64,000 nt of DNA from Blasia pusilla (taxonomy: Eukaryota), in NCBI GenBank assembly GCA_050084515.1, contig CM114271.1, positions 44,082,001 through 44,146,000 on the forward strand. The letters are read 5' to 3'. A program made the translations under genes and the position numbers. Shown here piece after piece: positions 36,901 through 50,409 of this stretch. Numbering within the stretch: position 1 is the first letter of the stretch; every line of letters starts with the position of its first letter. The notes beneath the pieces were generated by a model. It had not been told where the DNA came from. It did no database searches and was given only the letters and a program-made list of their open reading frames with translations.

Positions 36901-38240
36901 GATTAATCTGATGAAGCCGCTCAAACCCATGCTGAATTAGACGAGTGGCAACTGGAATTTCGTCCACGTCCTTCTTTCCCCCAGTGCAAAAGAATGTGGC
37001 TAACTTTTCAAGAACATTGCCGAGTTCTTGGGCGGGAATTTCCGTCTCAGGATTCACAACCAAGGCTTGCAGAGTGTCTAAAATTCGCCTTGTTAATAAA
37101 GGCTGTCTCAATTGTATCAAATCTGCCAAAACTGGAACAACGTGCCCAATTGCTTTGCCAGACATAAGGGGCAGCATGCGAGTCATGCCCCCAAGCATGT
37201 GCAGAACTTCAACTGCACCTGCAGTTCCAGGAGCCACTTTCACCTTCTCTGATTTTTTCCCAGAATTGGGTCCTATCACCGTCTTCAGGGACTGCTCAAA
37301 TGACACAACAATGGATTCGCTTGCCATGGGTAGCGCAGGTGATCCTTGGAATGCGGAGAGAATCCCAGTTATGCACAATTGTGCTCGCTTCCTCACCTAC
37401 ATTGAACACAACAACCAAGATATTAGCACCATGAACCAGGGGAGCCCTCCCACTGCCCATGGGGAGGCATTGGACAAATCCCAAATGAAAACATAGAGGA
37501 GATTTGAGTCAAACAACCCTCTAATGTCGCACTCTGACGTTGTCATCTTCATACGATACCGATACAATTTTTCAGTAACTGACTAACAATTTCGGTAATT
37601 GTACTCGCGGAGGAACTCATTTTCTAAGAAAGTGAGTTCCTCCGCCTACGATTCCAGTTGTCTTGATTGAAAGCTTCATAGTACGTCAGAGAAAAAACGT
37701 GGGTCGATTGATTGCGCGTAACCAATGAAAAACTCCATAACCAACAATTGGATATACCTTGGGTTTCTGATCAACACAGTGTTTGAGTACGACATGAAAC
37801 GCACGCGCCAGTGCAATCCAGTTCGACTTGTCAGCTAGCTTCAAAATATTCTCGATGCACAAGAGTCCCGGCTTCACGGTTGCAGGCACAGAGGCGTCAG
37901 CACCCAATACACCAACGAGTAACTGAAGTGTCTTATCACTTTTGGACTTCAGGACAGGAGGTGGAACCTTAGGCAAGACAATAGAAAGGAAGGTACAAAG
38001 AGCGGTGGTCACTGCCACATCCCTAGGTGTAGTGCGAATCTGTTTTTCCAAAGAGGACATCGCTGCAGCGAAGCAGGCTGTAGGAGAAGGTCCAAGCGAC
38101 TGCTCCCGGAGGATTTCAGATATGGCTAAGGAAATTGCACATAAATGACGATGCTCCGGGGCCTGCGAGTTCCGATATCGCCCAACCACTCCACCACACA
38201 CATCCTCCCCGCCCGTATCGTCCACTCCATCGTGCTCCAT
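27971..38240 (-). CDS. RRP12: RRP12-like ribosome biogenesis factor (NUC173/HEAT-repeat), ~19 exons
   Basis: N-terminus ...RYRNSQAPEHRHLCAISLAISEIL..SPTACFAAAMSSL. Internal LGAALAAMGPEEFLTLLPL..SRIWLLPILKQHMVGARLGFF, ESLWALLPSVCNYP, HMISAAVASLARL and VREIIERLVRRCG. C-terminal WAYTGEEYGNQKKKGGGDMKKDGKLDPYAYWPLDRK. GT-AG exon chain with one probable GC donor. Confidence 0.95.
34602..34997. repeat. Near-perfect tandem duplication (197-bp unit) in an RRP12 intron
   Basis: gcttcatttaccaagtgagaagcagcc...gtacaaagc starts at 34602 and again at 34799, with only a few substitutions. Confidence 0.95.
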
Positions 38241-38511
38241 TTTACCTGTGTGGTCTCTCTATGGCTACCACCTATTCCTTCGCACCATGCAAATTTCGTA
38301 GCCTCCAAATTTGCTTCCAAATTTCCTCCCCGAATCTCATACGCTTCCCCGTCTGCACCTAATCCTAACTTGTGGTTCCAACATCACCCAAGAGTTGCGA
38401 GGATTGTCTCGCTCACTCGCCAAAACTCTTGTTCTCTCTCTCTTTCTATGTCACAAAGTGCCCATGGCCCGCATGTTTAGAGATCCTAGGTTTAGGGCTT
38501 TTGCTCTAAAT

Positions 38512-38519
38512 TAGGGTTT
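38512..38519 (-). promoter_or_regulatory. Telo-box (AAACCCTA) upstream of RRP12
   Basis: tagggttt lies ~270 bp upstream of the RRP12 ATG, with a second telomere-like motif at ~38490. Telo-boxes are typical of plant ribosome-biogenesis promoters. Confidence 0.5.
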
Positions 38520-39872
38520 GTGACAGAGCGACAAGAAAACACAAGTGCAGGAGAATTTGGGAACTTGTAGATATAACCCAAAACAGGCCCGCCCGTAAAC
38601 TGCGGTTGCGAGTCTGGAGTTCCAGCCTAAACGCCTGGAACTGCACACTGCAATACTTGCATGGCTGCTGGGGTGTGTGAGATTTGTGCCGGAAGGTGAA
38701 ATTAAGGTGGAACCATACCCAAAGTGATTGCAAGGCTGTCTCAAGGAAAAGGGCAAGGCGACAGGAGACCTTTCTGGTGAGATTTTGCGTAATGTTAGGT
38801 GATTCTCTTAGTTTCTTGAACCTGCAATTTTCGTGGTGCGCGTCAGGGTTTGCTTGCATGAGCCTTTCCGGGCGTTTAGGCAGGAAGGAAGTTTAGGCAG
38901 GAAATCTCACAAACATTGACTCTCCTCGCGCTCAATTCTGCACTCCTGATGATTTGACTTCTGTACTTTCGTGTTTTTCATAGAGCGATGATAATCGTCA
39001 GATGAGGACTCAGTCTTTCGTTAATCGTGCCGTACTGTTCAAGCGGAATGAGTGTTGTGTGAACTTTTCGCGTGAATTCTTCATTGCAGATGCTTTCCTT
39101 TTTGGACCGTCGACTTGTTTTCAGAGCAATGGTCTCGGGAATTGAGTTCTCATATCATATTGAGAATGCTATACTGTTCACGCGGAGCTTGCGTCGAGTA
39201 AGAATTGCGAGTAATTGTCGTGTTCTGTTTCGAAGAATGAAGGAACTCGCTAAGAAGGCATCAGGCTAACGTTGAAAGTGCGATACTGTACTAAAGGCTT
39301 TACTGCTTACCCTGCGTTGTTCCTTGAAGTGGACATTAGATCTTGGGCCTCAGACCTACAGATTGGGTCCTGACATCTACACATTTCACGTTGTCACACA
39401 CCGGAACCATGAGGTTAAAATTGCCGCTGGGGATCAGTGTAGTAGGCCTGGAATTCCGGTCAAGTGGATACCTTCAGTGAAGGAACCTCTCAAATGGTGT
39501 AAGAGTGGAGTTTGTAATGTTTACGGCACAGTGAACAGGTTTCATGAACGTTTACCCCTGCTATCTTGAACTTCCCGTCCATTTTCGTTCTGTCAAGCTT
39601 CGTTCTCTAAGCAGAGAGCCTTCAATTGTCCAGAAATTGCGGAAGAACACTGTAGAGAAACTTCGAAACTCTGATCACTTCACACTAAGTTGGAGATGTG
39701 GTGAGGTTGAATTCTCTACGAATTCGGACGGTCCAAAATCATTGTGAAGCGCTATGTGAAACTCACTTGGCAGACCAAAGAATGTGCTCGAAAGGTAAGA
39801 TTTAGGGGAAATTCTTGGAAGTAGATATTAAGGGGCAGAATCGTTTCAGGCTGGAATGAAAATAGATTTTAA

Positions 39873-40384
39873 CTAGTGTATAATGCGTGTCATGATGCAC
39901 ATGAAATTAGAAAAAGTTCTTGTAGCCCACCGGATGAGAAATATATTTTTTCAGTTTGATATCAAAACAAATAGGTGTTTTCGGCACTATCCTATAATAC
40001 TATAAATTTTGAGAGAGAACAAATAATTTAATTAAAAAAAGAAACTTTTTTTGGAAGGGAAGGAAGTAATAGTTCAATCTTTATAGAAAAGTTAAATAAA
40101 TATTATTTCAAACATTACGGAGGAGTGAAGTACTATTTATGAAGGAATAGATTATTTAAGGGAGTGAAATATTACTCCTCCTTCAAGAATGAATGGATTT
40201 GGGGAGTTGAAGATTATTTCTAAGTTGCTTCTACAAAATATGCATTTTAACTGGTAGGTTAAATGATTCATTCCACGATGGGAGTGATTCAAGAACACAC
40301 ATCACAATGGGATGGGTTGTATTCCAAGTTGCAAAAGGAAAAGTGTTCAAAACTCAAGATTGTACTCTCCCATAATAATATAGA
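39873..40384 (-). mobile_element. ~512-bp non-autonomous Helitron
   Basis: The minus strand reads a|TCTATATTATTATGGGAGAG ... catgtgcatcatgacacgcattatacaCTAG|t, i.e. TC...hairpin-CTAG inserted between A and T. Confidence 0.65.
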
Positions 40385-42690
40385 TAATACATAATCCGTT
40401 CCCACAAGGAATTGGAAAGCAAGAGACTTTTTCAAGTGGAGGTCCAAAATCTACATACATTGTGATGGGCAAGGCTCAAACAATTCTTTTCACCCCCTTT
40501 TTTTTGGGGTGGTATGAGTACATTTCAATTTCCCTACTCATAAAGAAACAACCTAGTTAATCGAGTAGTAAGAAAATTGGCTGAATTTATCTTCCAATGA
40601 TATACTAGCGTTTTTCCTTCCAAGCCCTATGAAGTGCCCTCCTAGCCTTACATTGATCGTAACTCACCTATAAATTACTTCTATCTTTCACTTAAAGGCA
40701 ACCAAATTTCCAACCAATCTAATTGAAAGCATCCAACTTTCGGAAACTCAAAATTCCAAGAGAATTTCCATTTCATAAGTTTTAGCTCTTGGCTAACAAA
40801 ATAAGCTTTTCAAATGAAAGTAGTGATAAACGGTGTCAGTTGTGTCCAAGCCTCTGTAATTGAGAATATCCCGACTTGCAACCTAGCAAATTTGATGGAT
40901 TGCAAAGTAGGGAATGCACCAAAATAGGACTCTACTATTGACATTAAAACATATGAAACAATGAAAGGGATATTGAGACGTGTACAACGAGAAAGCAAAT
41001 TTTGTTGCTCCATTGAAAGGTATTTGATACATCAATGCTAGTACGTCACAAATGCTAGCACTGACGCTCACGGGGACCTAGGAAGTGAGCCCTTAGGGAG
41101 TCTCCCTAATCGTAGCCTTTGAAGTTCTTATAGGTTATGGAGTAGAGAATATACCATCCACATGCATCATCTAGAGTAAACCTATAAGAAATATTAGCGC
41201 ACACATCTAAAAAGGCCACATATGGCACCTTCCTAATCTAATGTTTATCTCAAAATTCTCATCTACTCTATTATCAACAAAAATAAGGCCACCGCACAAA
41301 GTACATTGAGCCAAGTCAATCTTGTAGACAACTCCCCTTAACAATTATGACTTGGAGTTGTAACAAGAGTTGTAGACCTAGAGGAATCAGGGAGTATAAT
41401 GTTTCTAGGTGCATTATAAAAATCCCATATAATCCATATGATTTCCAACGCGTACCTTAAGCTTGTCATGTGATCTTGTAGGCTTTACAAAATGATATAA
41501 AAGGGAAATAATAGCCAAAGCATTAACATTTCCAACCTAAGACACAACTACACCAAGTACTCTAAAAAAGATCCACTCACTTGTCTTTGGAAAGATGCAC
41601 AAAAAATTTTGGGGATTAGGTGTCATGCACCTACTTCCTTGACGTTGGTCTTGTGTTTCATAAAAGCGCATGTTCAACAAGTAATACTCTTATTGCTAGT
41701 CTGCATCCAAACACACTCACATTTGGATCAACCAACTTTACTCCTCTTGATTCTAGATATTGGGTCATCCCTCAAGCTCCAAAGTTGTAGACAGGATCAG
41801 GGACCAACCTAACTTCTCACTCCCAAATACAAGCAAGTCATTCATGGCTTGGAAGAGACTTCCTTTATAGTCTAGGGTTTTGAAACGATGTTAGTGGTGC
41901 CAAATTAAATGCCCAATGGACTTTGGATGAGTCTCTAATTGAAACTCAATATCTAACCTATGGGGCAAGGTCCAAGGTTGGCGCCCGGTCCATAACCTGA
42001 CTATCTTGACTTTGCTGGGTGTTAATATCCGAATGCCAAACTCTTAATCCATAATGTGCTCTTTCTTTAATAACCATAATTCCTAAGATGGGATTTATGG
42101 TCTTATTTCCCTTGGAGATACACCCCCTTAGATACGGTCCTAGAGAATTTGATCCCCTCCATTTATCCAAGGAATTTCTTTTGGGCCGCTCTTGGAGATC
42201 CTCGACCCAAACTATCATTTTGACAATGTTGGCCTCATTTCAAGACTTTTCCTAGTGTTTTTTTTAATCAAAATCTCTAATACGTTGGATCTAACTTCTC
42301 ACAATCTTTCCCATGCTGCCTTATTCATCCCAAATGAATCTTGGATCGAGCCATTATGAGTTAAAATGTGGAGAACCTCCAAACATTTAGTCAAATTAGT
42401 TCCAAATTAGATTGCACTATCCTTGGAGTTCAACTTTTTGGAAACTTTGGCTCTTCTCAAATTCCATCCTTAGTTTGATCATGTTGTACCAAGTTATAAG
42501 TGTCAACATCTAAGATGCCCATCAAAGATTGCATCTCTCACGCTTCTCCAAGTCATGTCTCACTCATACATGAGACTCCAACATGTTTTCATTCTTATAT
42601 GATTATGTGAGCCTACTAGATTTTTTATGTTCTGCATTGGCACATTTTTTTTTTATTAAGTGAAACAAAAATGTTTGTTGTGTAGTTATA

Positions 42691-44708
42691 TGTCGTGCGC
42701 CTACTCCTCTCGAACGTCAATCTTTAGTGTTTCGGAAGTGTATGTTTAGTAGGACACGCACTCGTTGCTGATCTGCACCCAAACACACTCATGTTAGTCT
42801 GGTCTGGGCCAATCAACCTTCCAATGCTCCGAGTTCTTAACTCGGTCATATGTCAAGCCCAACCTTCCTTGTTTCCTAGCTAACCCTAAACGTGCAAGTC
42901 TTCTGAAACTTGGGACAGACTTTTTGGATAGTCCAAGCATCCAAAACGACGTTTGCACGTGTAGCGATACCAATTGTCCAATGGACTTCGCATGAGCCCC
43001 TAAGCATCACCCAACTAAATGAATTGCGGGTTGGACTCCAATAGTAGCCTTTGAAATCCACTCTATTGGACTTGGTCCGAGTTTCGAATCCCAACTGCAA
43101 ACTCCCAATCCATTCCATGCCCTTGGTTTGCTCGAGGGCGCCCCAAAGTGGGGTTTGAGTGTCGCGACCCTCATGACCAAACGAGTGCCAAAGCGGAACA
43201 TCGGAACATTAGTGGGCTCACGCTAAGATGGTTTGCACGTTGGAGTGGTCTCGAAGAAGAGACAAGAGACGAGATGCAAGCGAGGCTTCGCGTTTCATAT
43301 GTTGTGGTTGCGACTGAGAAACCTGGACCAAACGCAGATCAAGACTTGAGAGGAGTCAAGTCTAGGAAGTGTGTTGCTAAAGGAATGAATCCTGATTTGG
43401 GACGCCACTAGCGTTTGAGAGTCTCCGACTATATTTATGGCCATAACTTTTAGATCCAAGATGCGTTTGGGACGAGTAAGAATGCGCTGGAAAGCTTATA
43501 GAAAGTCAATTCAGACGCACTAAAGATCTCCGCAAACGCACAAATAACGACTAAGAAATAACCCGAAAACAATTGTAAGTAGAGTCGGGTTGAGGGCCAC
43601 AATGAAGGGCTCGACCATCCTTTTCCAAAGGTAGGGGGTGTTTGGAGATCCCCATAAGTACTAGTAAGGGGGAAGGTCTCCAAGGGTGCTTGGGACTCGA
43701 ACCCCAATTTGGGCGCCATGGGGCGGCTCAAGGGCATGGAACGGATCGTGAGTTTAGAGTTGGGCTTGAAAACCTGAACCAAGTCTATGGAAGTGAATTT
43801 TAGAGATCCCTCTTGGATTCCAACCCGCGACTCAATTACTTGGGTACCGGTTAGGAACTCACTCGAGGTCCGTTGAACAGTTGGGACCGCTAGGCGCGCA
43901 AGTGCCGTTTTAGGTTCCTGGACTAATCAGAAAGTCTGTTCCAAGTCTTGAAGGACTTGACGTGTTGAGAACCTAGGAATGAGGGAAGGTTGAGCTTGAT
44001 GAGATGTCGAGTTGAGGAATCGGTGGGTTGGAAAGCCGCGTGACCCAAAGCTAGACTAACGTGAGTGCGTTTGGGTGAAGGTTGGCGGTGAGAGCGTGTC
44101 CTACTGAATATACGCTTCCGCAACATTAAGATTGAGGTTCAAAGAGAGTAGGCGCACGACAAGGAGTCCCAAGCACTCTTGGAGACCTTCCCCCTTACTA
44201 GTAATTCTGGGGTTCTCCGCCCTCCCCCTATCTTTGAGTAAGAGATGTTCGGGCCTCTCTTTTTGACCCTCGACCCAACTTCCCGTTGTTTTTGGGCAGT
44301 TTCTCAGCCTCTGCTTGTGCTTTTGCTAAGATCTTTGGTGCATTGGAACCAACTTTGCAGAAGCTTTCCAAAGCCATTTTATTTGTTCCAAAATCATCTT
44401 GAGAATAGAATGTCTAGTCTAAAATTAGCCTAAACTCCAAATGCTAATCACGTTTCAAATCCGGTTCTCACCTTTTTGGTAACCACTCTTCCTAGACTTG
44501 ACTCCTCTCAGTTCTTGGTTCACGTTTGGTTCAAGTTTCCTAGTCGTGACCATAAATGCATGAAACGTTCAACTTTGTTGATGTCTCATCTTTTGTGTCT
44601 CTTGAGTCTCTTCCAAGAGACCTCTCCAACGTGCAAATCATCATAGCGTGAGCCCGCTAGAGTAATGATGTTCCGCTTGGCGCTCGTTTGGTTATGAAGG
44701 TGGCGATA
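42691..44708 (-). mobile_element. Solo LTR (~1.01 kb) interrupted by a nested copy of the same family
   Basis: The minus strand starts tatcgccaccttcataaccaaacgagcgccaagcggaacatc (44708) and ends gagtaggcgcacgaca (42691). Removing the insert restores a continuous copy. Confidence 0.85.
43160..44161 (+). mobile_element. Solo LTR (1002 bp), nested in opposite orientation
   Basis: TGTCGCGACCC...GCGCACGACA termini (TG..CA, 5-bp inverted ends), flanked by a degenerate 5-bp duplication TTGAG/AGGAG. No PBS or internal domain adjacent. Confidence 0.88.
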
Positions 44709-45661
44709 CTCTATGTAAATGCAAAAAAATTATCTCATATTAATTGGAGATTTGGTTATATAGATATTCCATTCGTACTACCATGCTACTCTCAAGTCAT
44801 CTTTGACCTACATGGATTGACGTCTGATCTCCTTCTATGTGTTGTGCCGACATTCTCCATTCCGTTACAAAAGACTTGCAATTACGCACTTGGTCCGTCC
44901 AAACCATATCATCACATTCCTCTAACAAGGCGAATCTCGGAAAAGTGCACCACGTCGTAATATCCAAAGTCATTGGCATCATATGTTGCAAATAGTCATT
45001 GTCTCCTTAATGAAACCTCCGGATCATCAATCGGTAACCTTTGTCCCAAATAGTCAAATAGCTCAACATATCTCGATGTTTTGCAATCAATAAGTTTCCA
45101 AAGGCCATAAACACGACTCTCCGATACACCTCATTTTGTCGAAAACATGTTCAAACCCACACACTAGGCTCATCAAAATTCCACATCTCACCCATATCAC
45201 CACACGGAAAATGGAAAATGACCATAAATAAAAACGAATCTCATCACATTACGGAAAGAAAATGAAGGGGAAAAATTACCAAAAATCGCCACATACCATG
45301 GGTTAAGTAAGTTAGCTCCGTGAGTGAGGTGGCTAGGACGACGGACTCCTCTCCGTCCGTGTTTGGTGTGACGGACTAGTACATATCGTTCCGTTGGCGA
45401 GCGCCGAGTGCTCCTCCATCCCCAAGAGCCGACGTTTTTGGCATTGCCCGAGCATTCTCACGGAATCATGCCCAGTCCATAGAGCCCAAGTTCCTGTGCG
45501 AGTCCCGACGGACGGATCGAGCTGCCGAGGCCCAGACACTCTAGGGATGTCTGTCTGCGTCTAATCGTGGAATTCGCACGGGCGAGTGAGTAAGCGAGTG
45601 AATTTTGCGCAGAGAAGTAGTGGTCACAGCGGTGGAAGCAGGAGGTGTGTGTGTGGGAAAG

Positions 45662-46195
45662 ATGGTGCCACGGACGTTCGCAATGCGATCTATGAGGAGA
45701 AATGGGATAGCTGCATTCGAATTTCGAGGGATGGCCGCCGCAGCTCGCAGTGTTGTGGCCGAGGCGGCAGCGAAGAAGTCAAGTCGAGCTGATACACCTG
45801 CAGCGCAGGAGAATGTGGTTGAGCCAGCGACGAAGAAATCGGGTCGAGCAGGACTGCTGTTTTTCACAGTTACAGGCGCTGCTGTTGTTGGGGTTCTCGC
45901 GTATCCTCAGTTAGTCTCTGCACCGCCTCCTCAAGCCCCTGCCATTACTCCTCCTCATCCCCCGCCACCACCACCACCACCTGCTGCTACCGCACCTCCA
46001 GTCGTGGAGCCCCCCCCCCTTAAGCCGTTGTCTCCACGGGAAGAGCTGACTCAAAGATTGACAACTTTGAAAGCAGAACTCGCGGCCCTGAGGAAGCAGA
46101 AGAGAGATAAAATGGTGGACATGAAGAAGAGATCTATCAAAGATGAGATCCGTATGATCGAGACGGGAATTGCCAAACTGGAGAAAACGAAATAG
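45662..46195 (+). CDS. Intronless ~177-aa protein: Arg/Ala-rich presequence, one TM helix, Pro-rich linker, C-terminal coiled coil; function unknown
   Basis: MVPRTFAMRSMRRNG..., TM GLLFFTVTGAAVVGVLAYP, PPPPPPP tract, ELTQRLTTLKAELAALRK...IKDEIRMIETGIAKLEK*. Coherent architecture; the start ATG (45662 or 45683) is uncertain. Confidence 0.75.
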   Translation: MVPRTFAMRSMRRNGIAAFEFRGMAAAARSVVAEAAAKKSSRADTPAAQENVVEPATKKSGRAGLLFFTVTGAAVVGVLAYPQLVSAPPPQAPAITPPHPPPPPPPPAATAPPVVEPPPLKPLSPREELTQRLTTLKAELAALRKQKRDKMVDMKKRSIKDEIRMIETGIAKLEKTK

Positions 46196-48240
46196 AATGT
46201 GTCGCAGGGGCGACCGTCGAGGAGGTGTCAGGCACGAGATCACACCACTGAGATACGAAACCTGGATCCTTTGATTTGGTTGGGTGAGACTACTGTAGGC
46301 TAGGATTGAGAGCTTGGAGGGTGGAGATTTACCCAATATCTTATCGAGTATGAGTGCGGAGGAGCCAAGGCGTGTGTTGGATCAGAAACCCAATAATGAA
46401 AAAGTACCAATTCACTTAGAAGCAGGGATGTTCCAGATGGATTTTATTACAAGTGGTAGACTGCACAGGAGAAGAAGAAGGATAGTGTCTACATGTGCTC
46501 AGATTGTCACTTTTGCCAGTGGGACAGAAGTGGCCTTACCTTGGACATATTAATAACTGGCCTGGATTCTTGACAGATTGATGATCCTTGCATTTCCCCC
46601 AGAAACAAACCTTATGGCCTGTTTTCTTGTCAATTGTCATCCACGCCCAGATCTAATGAGTGACGTGAACTGATTTACAACTACAGTGATGTCGTGAGGG
46701 CCGTTTAAGGTTTGACTCTAATATCTTCTCCAGTCTGTCCTTGCCACTTGTTATTCAGAGTGTCCAAGAATCTGGTTTCAGTCAGTAATCAAAGAGTGTG
46801 CACCTTCCTGTCTCATAGAACTCGTGTGATCATTTTCTACGAAAGCAAGATATGCAGTGTCTAACTTTTTTTCATCTGCAGGCGGACGAAACGTCCTTTC
46901 GGCTGGAGTAGTGCAATCTGTAAATCTGAGGCACTGGTGTTAGTTACACGAGCACTTTGGCCACAAGTGGAGTGTGACTTTAAACTCGTTTTGCCAGTCG
47001 CGGAGTGTGTCAAGTATTAGTGCTCTCTTTCATCTTTCATTGTGCTTGGCACAGAACTTCGTGTGTACCCCAGCATTTATGTCTACCATCAACTCTTCCA
47101 ACTTGCGGGGCAATAAAACGGTCATAACGTTTTCTTTTTAAAAGCAGGCTTGAGTTCTACTCGGAATAGACTGCTTAGGCAAGGATGTTGTACATATTAT
47201 CAGGAGTAAGATCGTCAATAATTTTTTTCCGGGTCATGGACTGGCAGCCCCTGCACTAGACCTTCCAGTGTATCTGCCGTGATCAACAACCTCTGGAGTT
47301 CCAGCTTTGATATTCCACAGCGGAAAAGAGTGAATTGACATGTGCTAATTGTATCAGGTCCTTTCAGTTGAAGAACGACCCATTGCAGCTCACGTACACT
47401 CCAATTTTGCCTTCAATGCATAACCATGATACTTCCTAGACCGCCTTACAATATTCCAAGTGCTATGGGATAGCTTTGTAGAAATAAAACATTGTAAGGA
47501 ACTTGAACTGCTTCATCCCACTCTTTTCCTGGTTTGATACCCAAAGGTCATGGTTTGTAGCCACATATAATAATGTGTATCAGATTGTGCGTTCTCATCT
47601 GCCACTGAGGCTGCCTTTCACAACTTCCCATGGGCACAATATTATCTTGTATAAACAACTTCGAAAATAAAAGATTTTGCAATTACACCTTCCCGAAGTG
47701 AGTTGTATCTCTCAGATGCAAGTGGAAAACGGATTGGAATTTCCAAAAGACAAGTAAACTGAGTTTCACATTAGCAAATTCTTTGTAATTAGTCTTGTAA
47801 CTGAGGAGAAAAGTCAGAAAATTTTAGTCAAGTTGAGCTTTGAACGACTCCCCGATGTACAGGGAATCAGTATGCAAGCACATGTTGTGTCAAATTCTTG
47901 TATTGATCTCCCTTCCATAGTTCCGGAGGAGGTCAACTTTTAGCACTGGATGCCAATGACAAGCTTTCCTTCTTTTGTGACACTTTTGAACATATATATC
48001 TAGCGTTGTCCTAAGATTCTGAAACTACATGACACTCATGGCGTCAATCCTGCACTAACCTGTGCTGGACTCACACAGCCGTTTATACTTCCGAGAATTT
48101 TTTGCAAATGCTGCCTATCCTCCCTGTCATTCTTGTGTGGTTTGGCCGAAAACTTACCCTTGAATGTTGCGTCATTCTATACTCTTTACCTGCAAGTGGT
48201 TCCTGCAATAGCTAGTGTACTCTCTACACTAGCTAGGAGC

Positions 48241-50409
48241 TTATGAAATGTTGGCTCCCTGCAATGACTTGCACGTGACAGTACCGGCAGATGTGCGCAT
48301 GGGCTTTGTGTCGTAAGCAGCTACACAATCTTCCGTTGTTCTCAAGCCTGGCTGGACCGTTTCCCAGATTTTCTTCTTTTGCACCTGAGACAAACCAGTG
48401 CAGCTTTCAGTTTAGTACTTCCATCTCATTCAACTTCTCATAACAATGCTCGTCCCACCCATCCTACATTGGAAATGTGGATTTGAAGCCTGATCCACTT
48501 CGTACTTACTAAACCTAATGTGCATGGCCACATCTTCTCGACCAAGCCCCCTGTCCGACTTCCAACACAGATTCCGATATAGAAATCTTCAGAAGACGTT
48601 TCTTATGTATGGTCTTCAGGATGTTCACCGGATGAACACCCAAAGGATACCCATAGGGCTTGTAAATTTTAGGCTTTAAGGCAAACGTCTTAATAGATGA
48701 TTCCTCGAAGGTAAATGATACTCACTGTTCGGCTAGCAAGCCACACAAGAAATTTCGTAGCGGAGTGCTTACATTGCTCGGATCGTAATGCAAGTCTTCT
48801 ACTTATTCAATCACTATTCGGCTAGCAAGCCACACAAGAAATTTCGTAGCGGAGTGCTTACATTGCTCGGATCGTAATGCAAGACTTCTACTTCTGCCCA
48901 TGCGATGCACAGGAAATTAAACAATGTTTGAAGAATTAGTGTATAATCCATGAAGGGAAGGGATAAATTCAAAATTTGAAACATTTTCTTGTCGCCAAGA
49001 GAGGTGTTTGTAAATCAAGAACACACTAAAAAATAATATAGATGAAGGAATAACCTGGAACACTTCGTATAATTGATAGTCATTTTGTTATAATATTTTA
49101 TATATATCCTGTGGAGTATGTTCCATACGAAGTAGTGCTCAAGTCTCTAAACGATCACGAAGGTCGTGCATTTCTCGACATCCATGAATATGTCTGATGT
49201 AATTTCTTGACGACCTTGCAGTATGCTGAATCCATAGATGTCCTACTTAATGCTGTGATGACGCGACGAGCTTACAGACAGAAAATGATCAGGTAAGGAC
49301 TGACTGGAGACGGTGGGAGGGAATAAGGAGCTCTGAATCGAGAGCATAATACCTGGTTAGGGGTCGCAGCAGGGGCTTGGTTTGCCTGGTCTGACTCCGA
49401 TCCAAACCATATGCGATCACCTGCAACTGCTCCTTCAGGCGGTGACAGCAACTGCACCGTTGTGTGGGCAGCATCAGAAGCTGCTAGCAGCATCCCATTG
49501 GACTTCACACCTCGCATACTACGTGCCTTGAGATTTGCAAGCACAACCACCGCTCTGCCCTGCATTATTTTCTTTGTCAGGATTTAACTTCTCAAACACA
49601 TTGCTACATCCTTACCTTTTGGTGAAGCTACGACGGTAGCTCAAAAGAGCGCTGAGAATCTGCAGAAGTCAATTCCCGATTTCCTGCCCTTCAATTGCAA
49701 TAGCATGGATCTCAACAGCAGCCGAATTCTCTCAGATGGAGAGAGGAGAAAGAGGGGGGGGAGCAGTCGGCATGAACAGCTAACACTAAGTGGTGCAGAT
49801 GTTGAAAATCATTCGAGGACGAGCTTATTGAATCTTTGGCTCTGCTCCCAAGACATCTACACTTCAATGTCGCACATGGCAACAATCTAAATCGGAAGCC
49901 AGTTTCTCCACACTCAAAGCATGACGACGGAGAAGATGGAAGTGAAATGAAACACTGACCTGCAATTCTTCAAGCGACAAGTAGTTGACAAGGCCGCTGC
50001 AAATAGTACGAGGACCCTCGGCCTCTGCCAGATCCACTTCTTCAACGTACAAAGAATCTGCCTCCGGATGCTTCCAGGCTTTCACTACCATTCCCACCCT
50101 GATATCCAAAGCATCAAGATCCGCAGCTGTTGCCACGGTGGGTTCAGCTGGCGAAGGTGGCACATCGGTAGCCTCTACAGAAACAGAAGCAGACGAGCAG
50201 AAAGTGACGGATCCGTTGAAGAAGCGGGGCGGCGGAGAGTGATGTCGCCATCTCTGCAATGAAATACGAGATCTCGAAAATGGCACAACGGTGATGGACG
50301 AACAGTTTTTCCAGGAGAGGAAATTGATAATGCGACTCGGGTGGGAGACCGCCATGGCAGTGAAGGTTGCAGTCGTCCGAGCCACCACCCTTGTTCCCAC
50401 CATAGCCAT
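48241..50409 (-). CDS. tRNA-binding OB-fold (EMAP II/Arc1p/Trbp111-like) protein with plastid-type transit peptide; 266 aa, 3 exons
   Basis: Exons 50409-49960, 49559-49353, 48384-48241. Motifs [54 protein letters not shown] and [10 protein letters not shown]. Ser/Thr/Arg-rich N-terminus; no synthetase domain. Confidence 0.92.
48722..48893. repeat. Tandem duplication (89-bp period) in an intron
   Basis: tcact.ttcggctagcaagccacacaagaaatttcgtagcggagtgcttacattgctcggatcgtaatgcaag.cttctactt at 48722 and 48811. Confidence 0.95.

Noticed and set aside
36945-37496. 183-aa plus-strand ORF
   Set aside because: Antisense shadow of an RRP12 exon.
39283-39460. H/ACA snoRNA-like hairpins (ACATTA at 39333, ACA at 39381) and a neighbouring stem
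   Set aside because: The H box overlaps the second stem and the pocket-to-ACA spacing is about 10 nt rather than 14-15.
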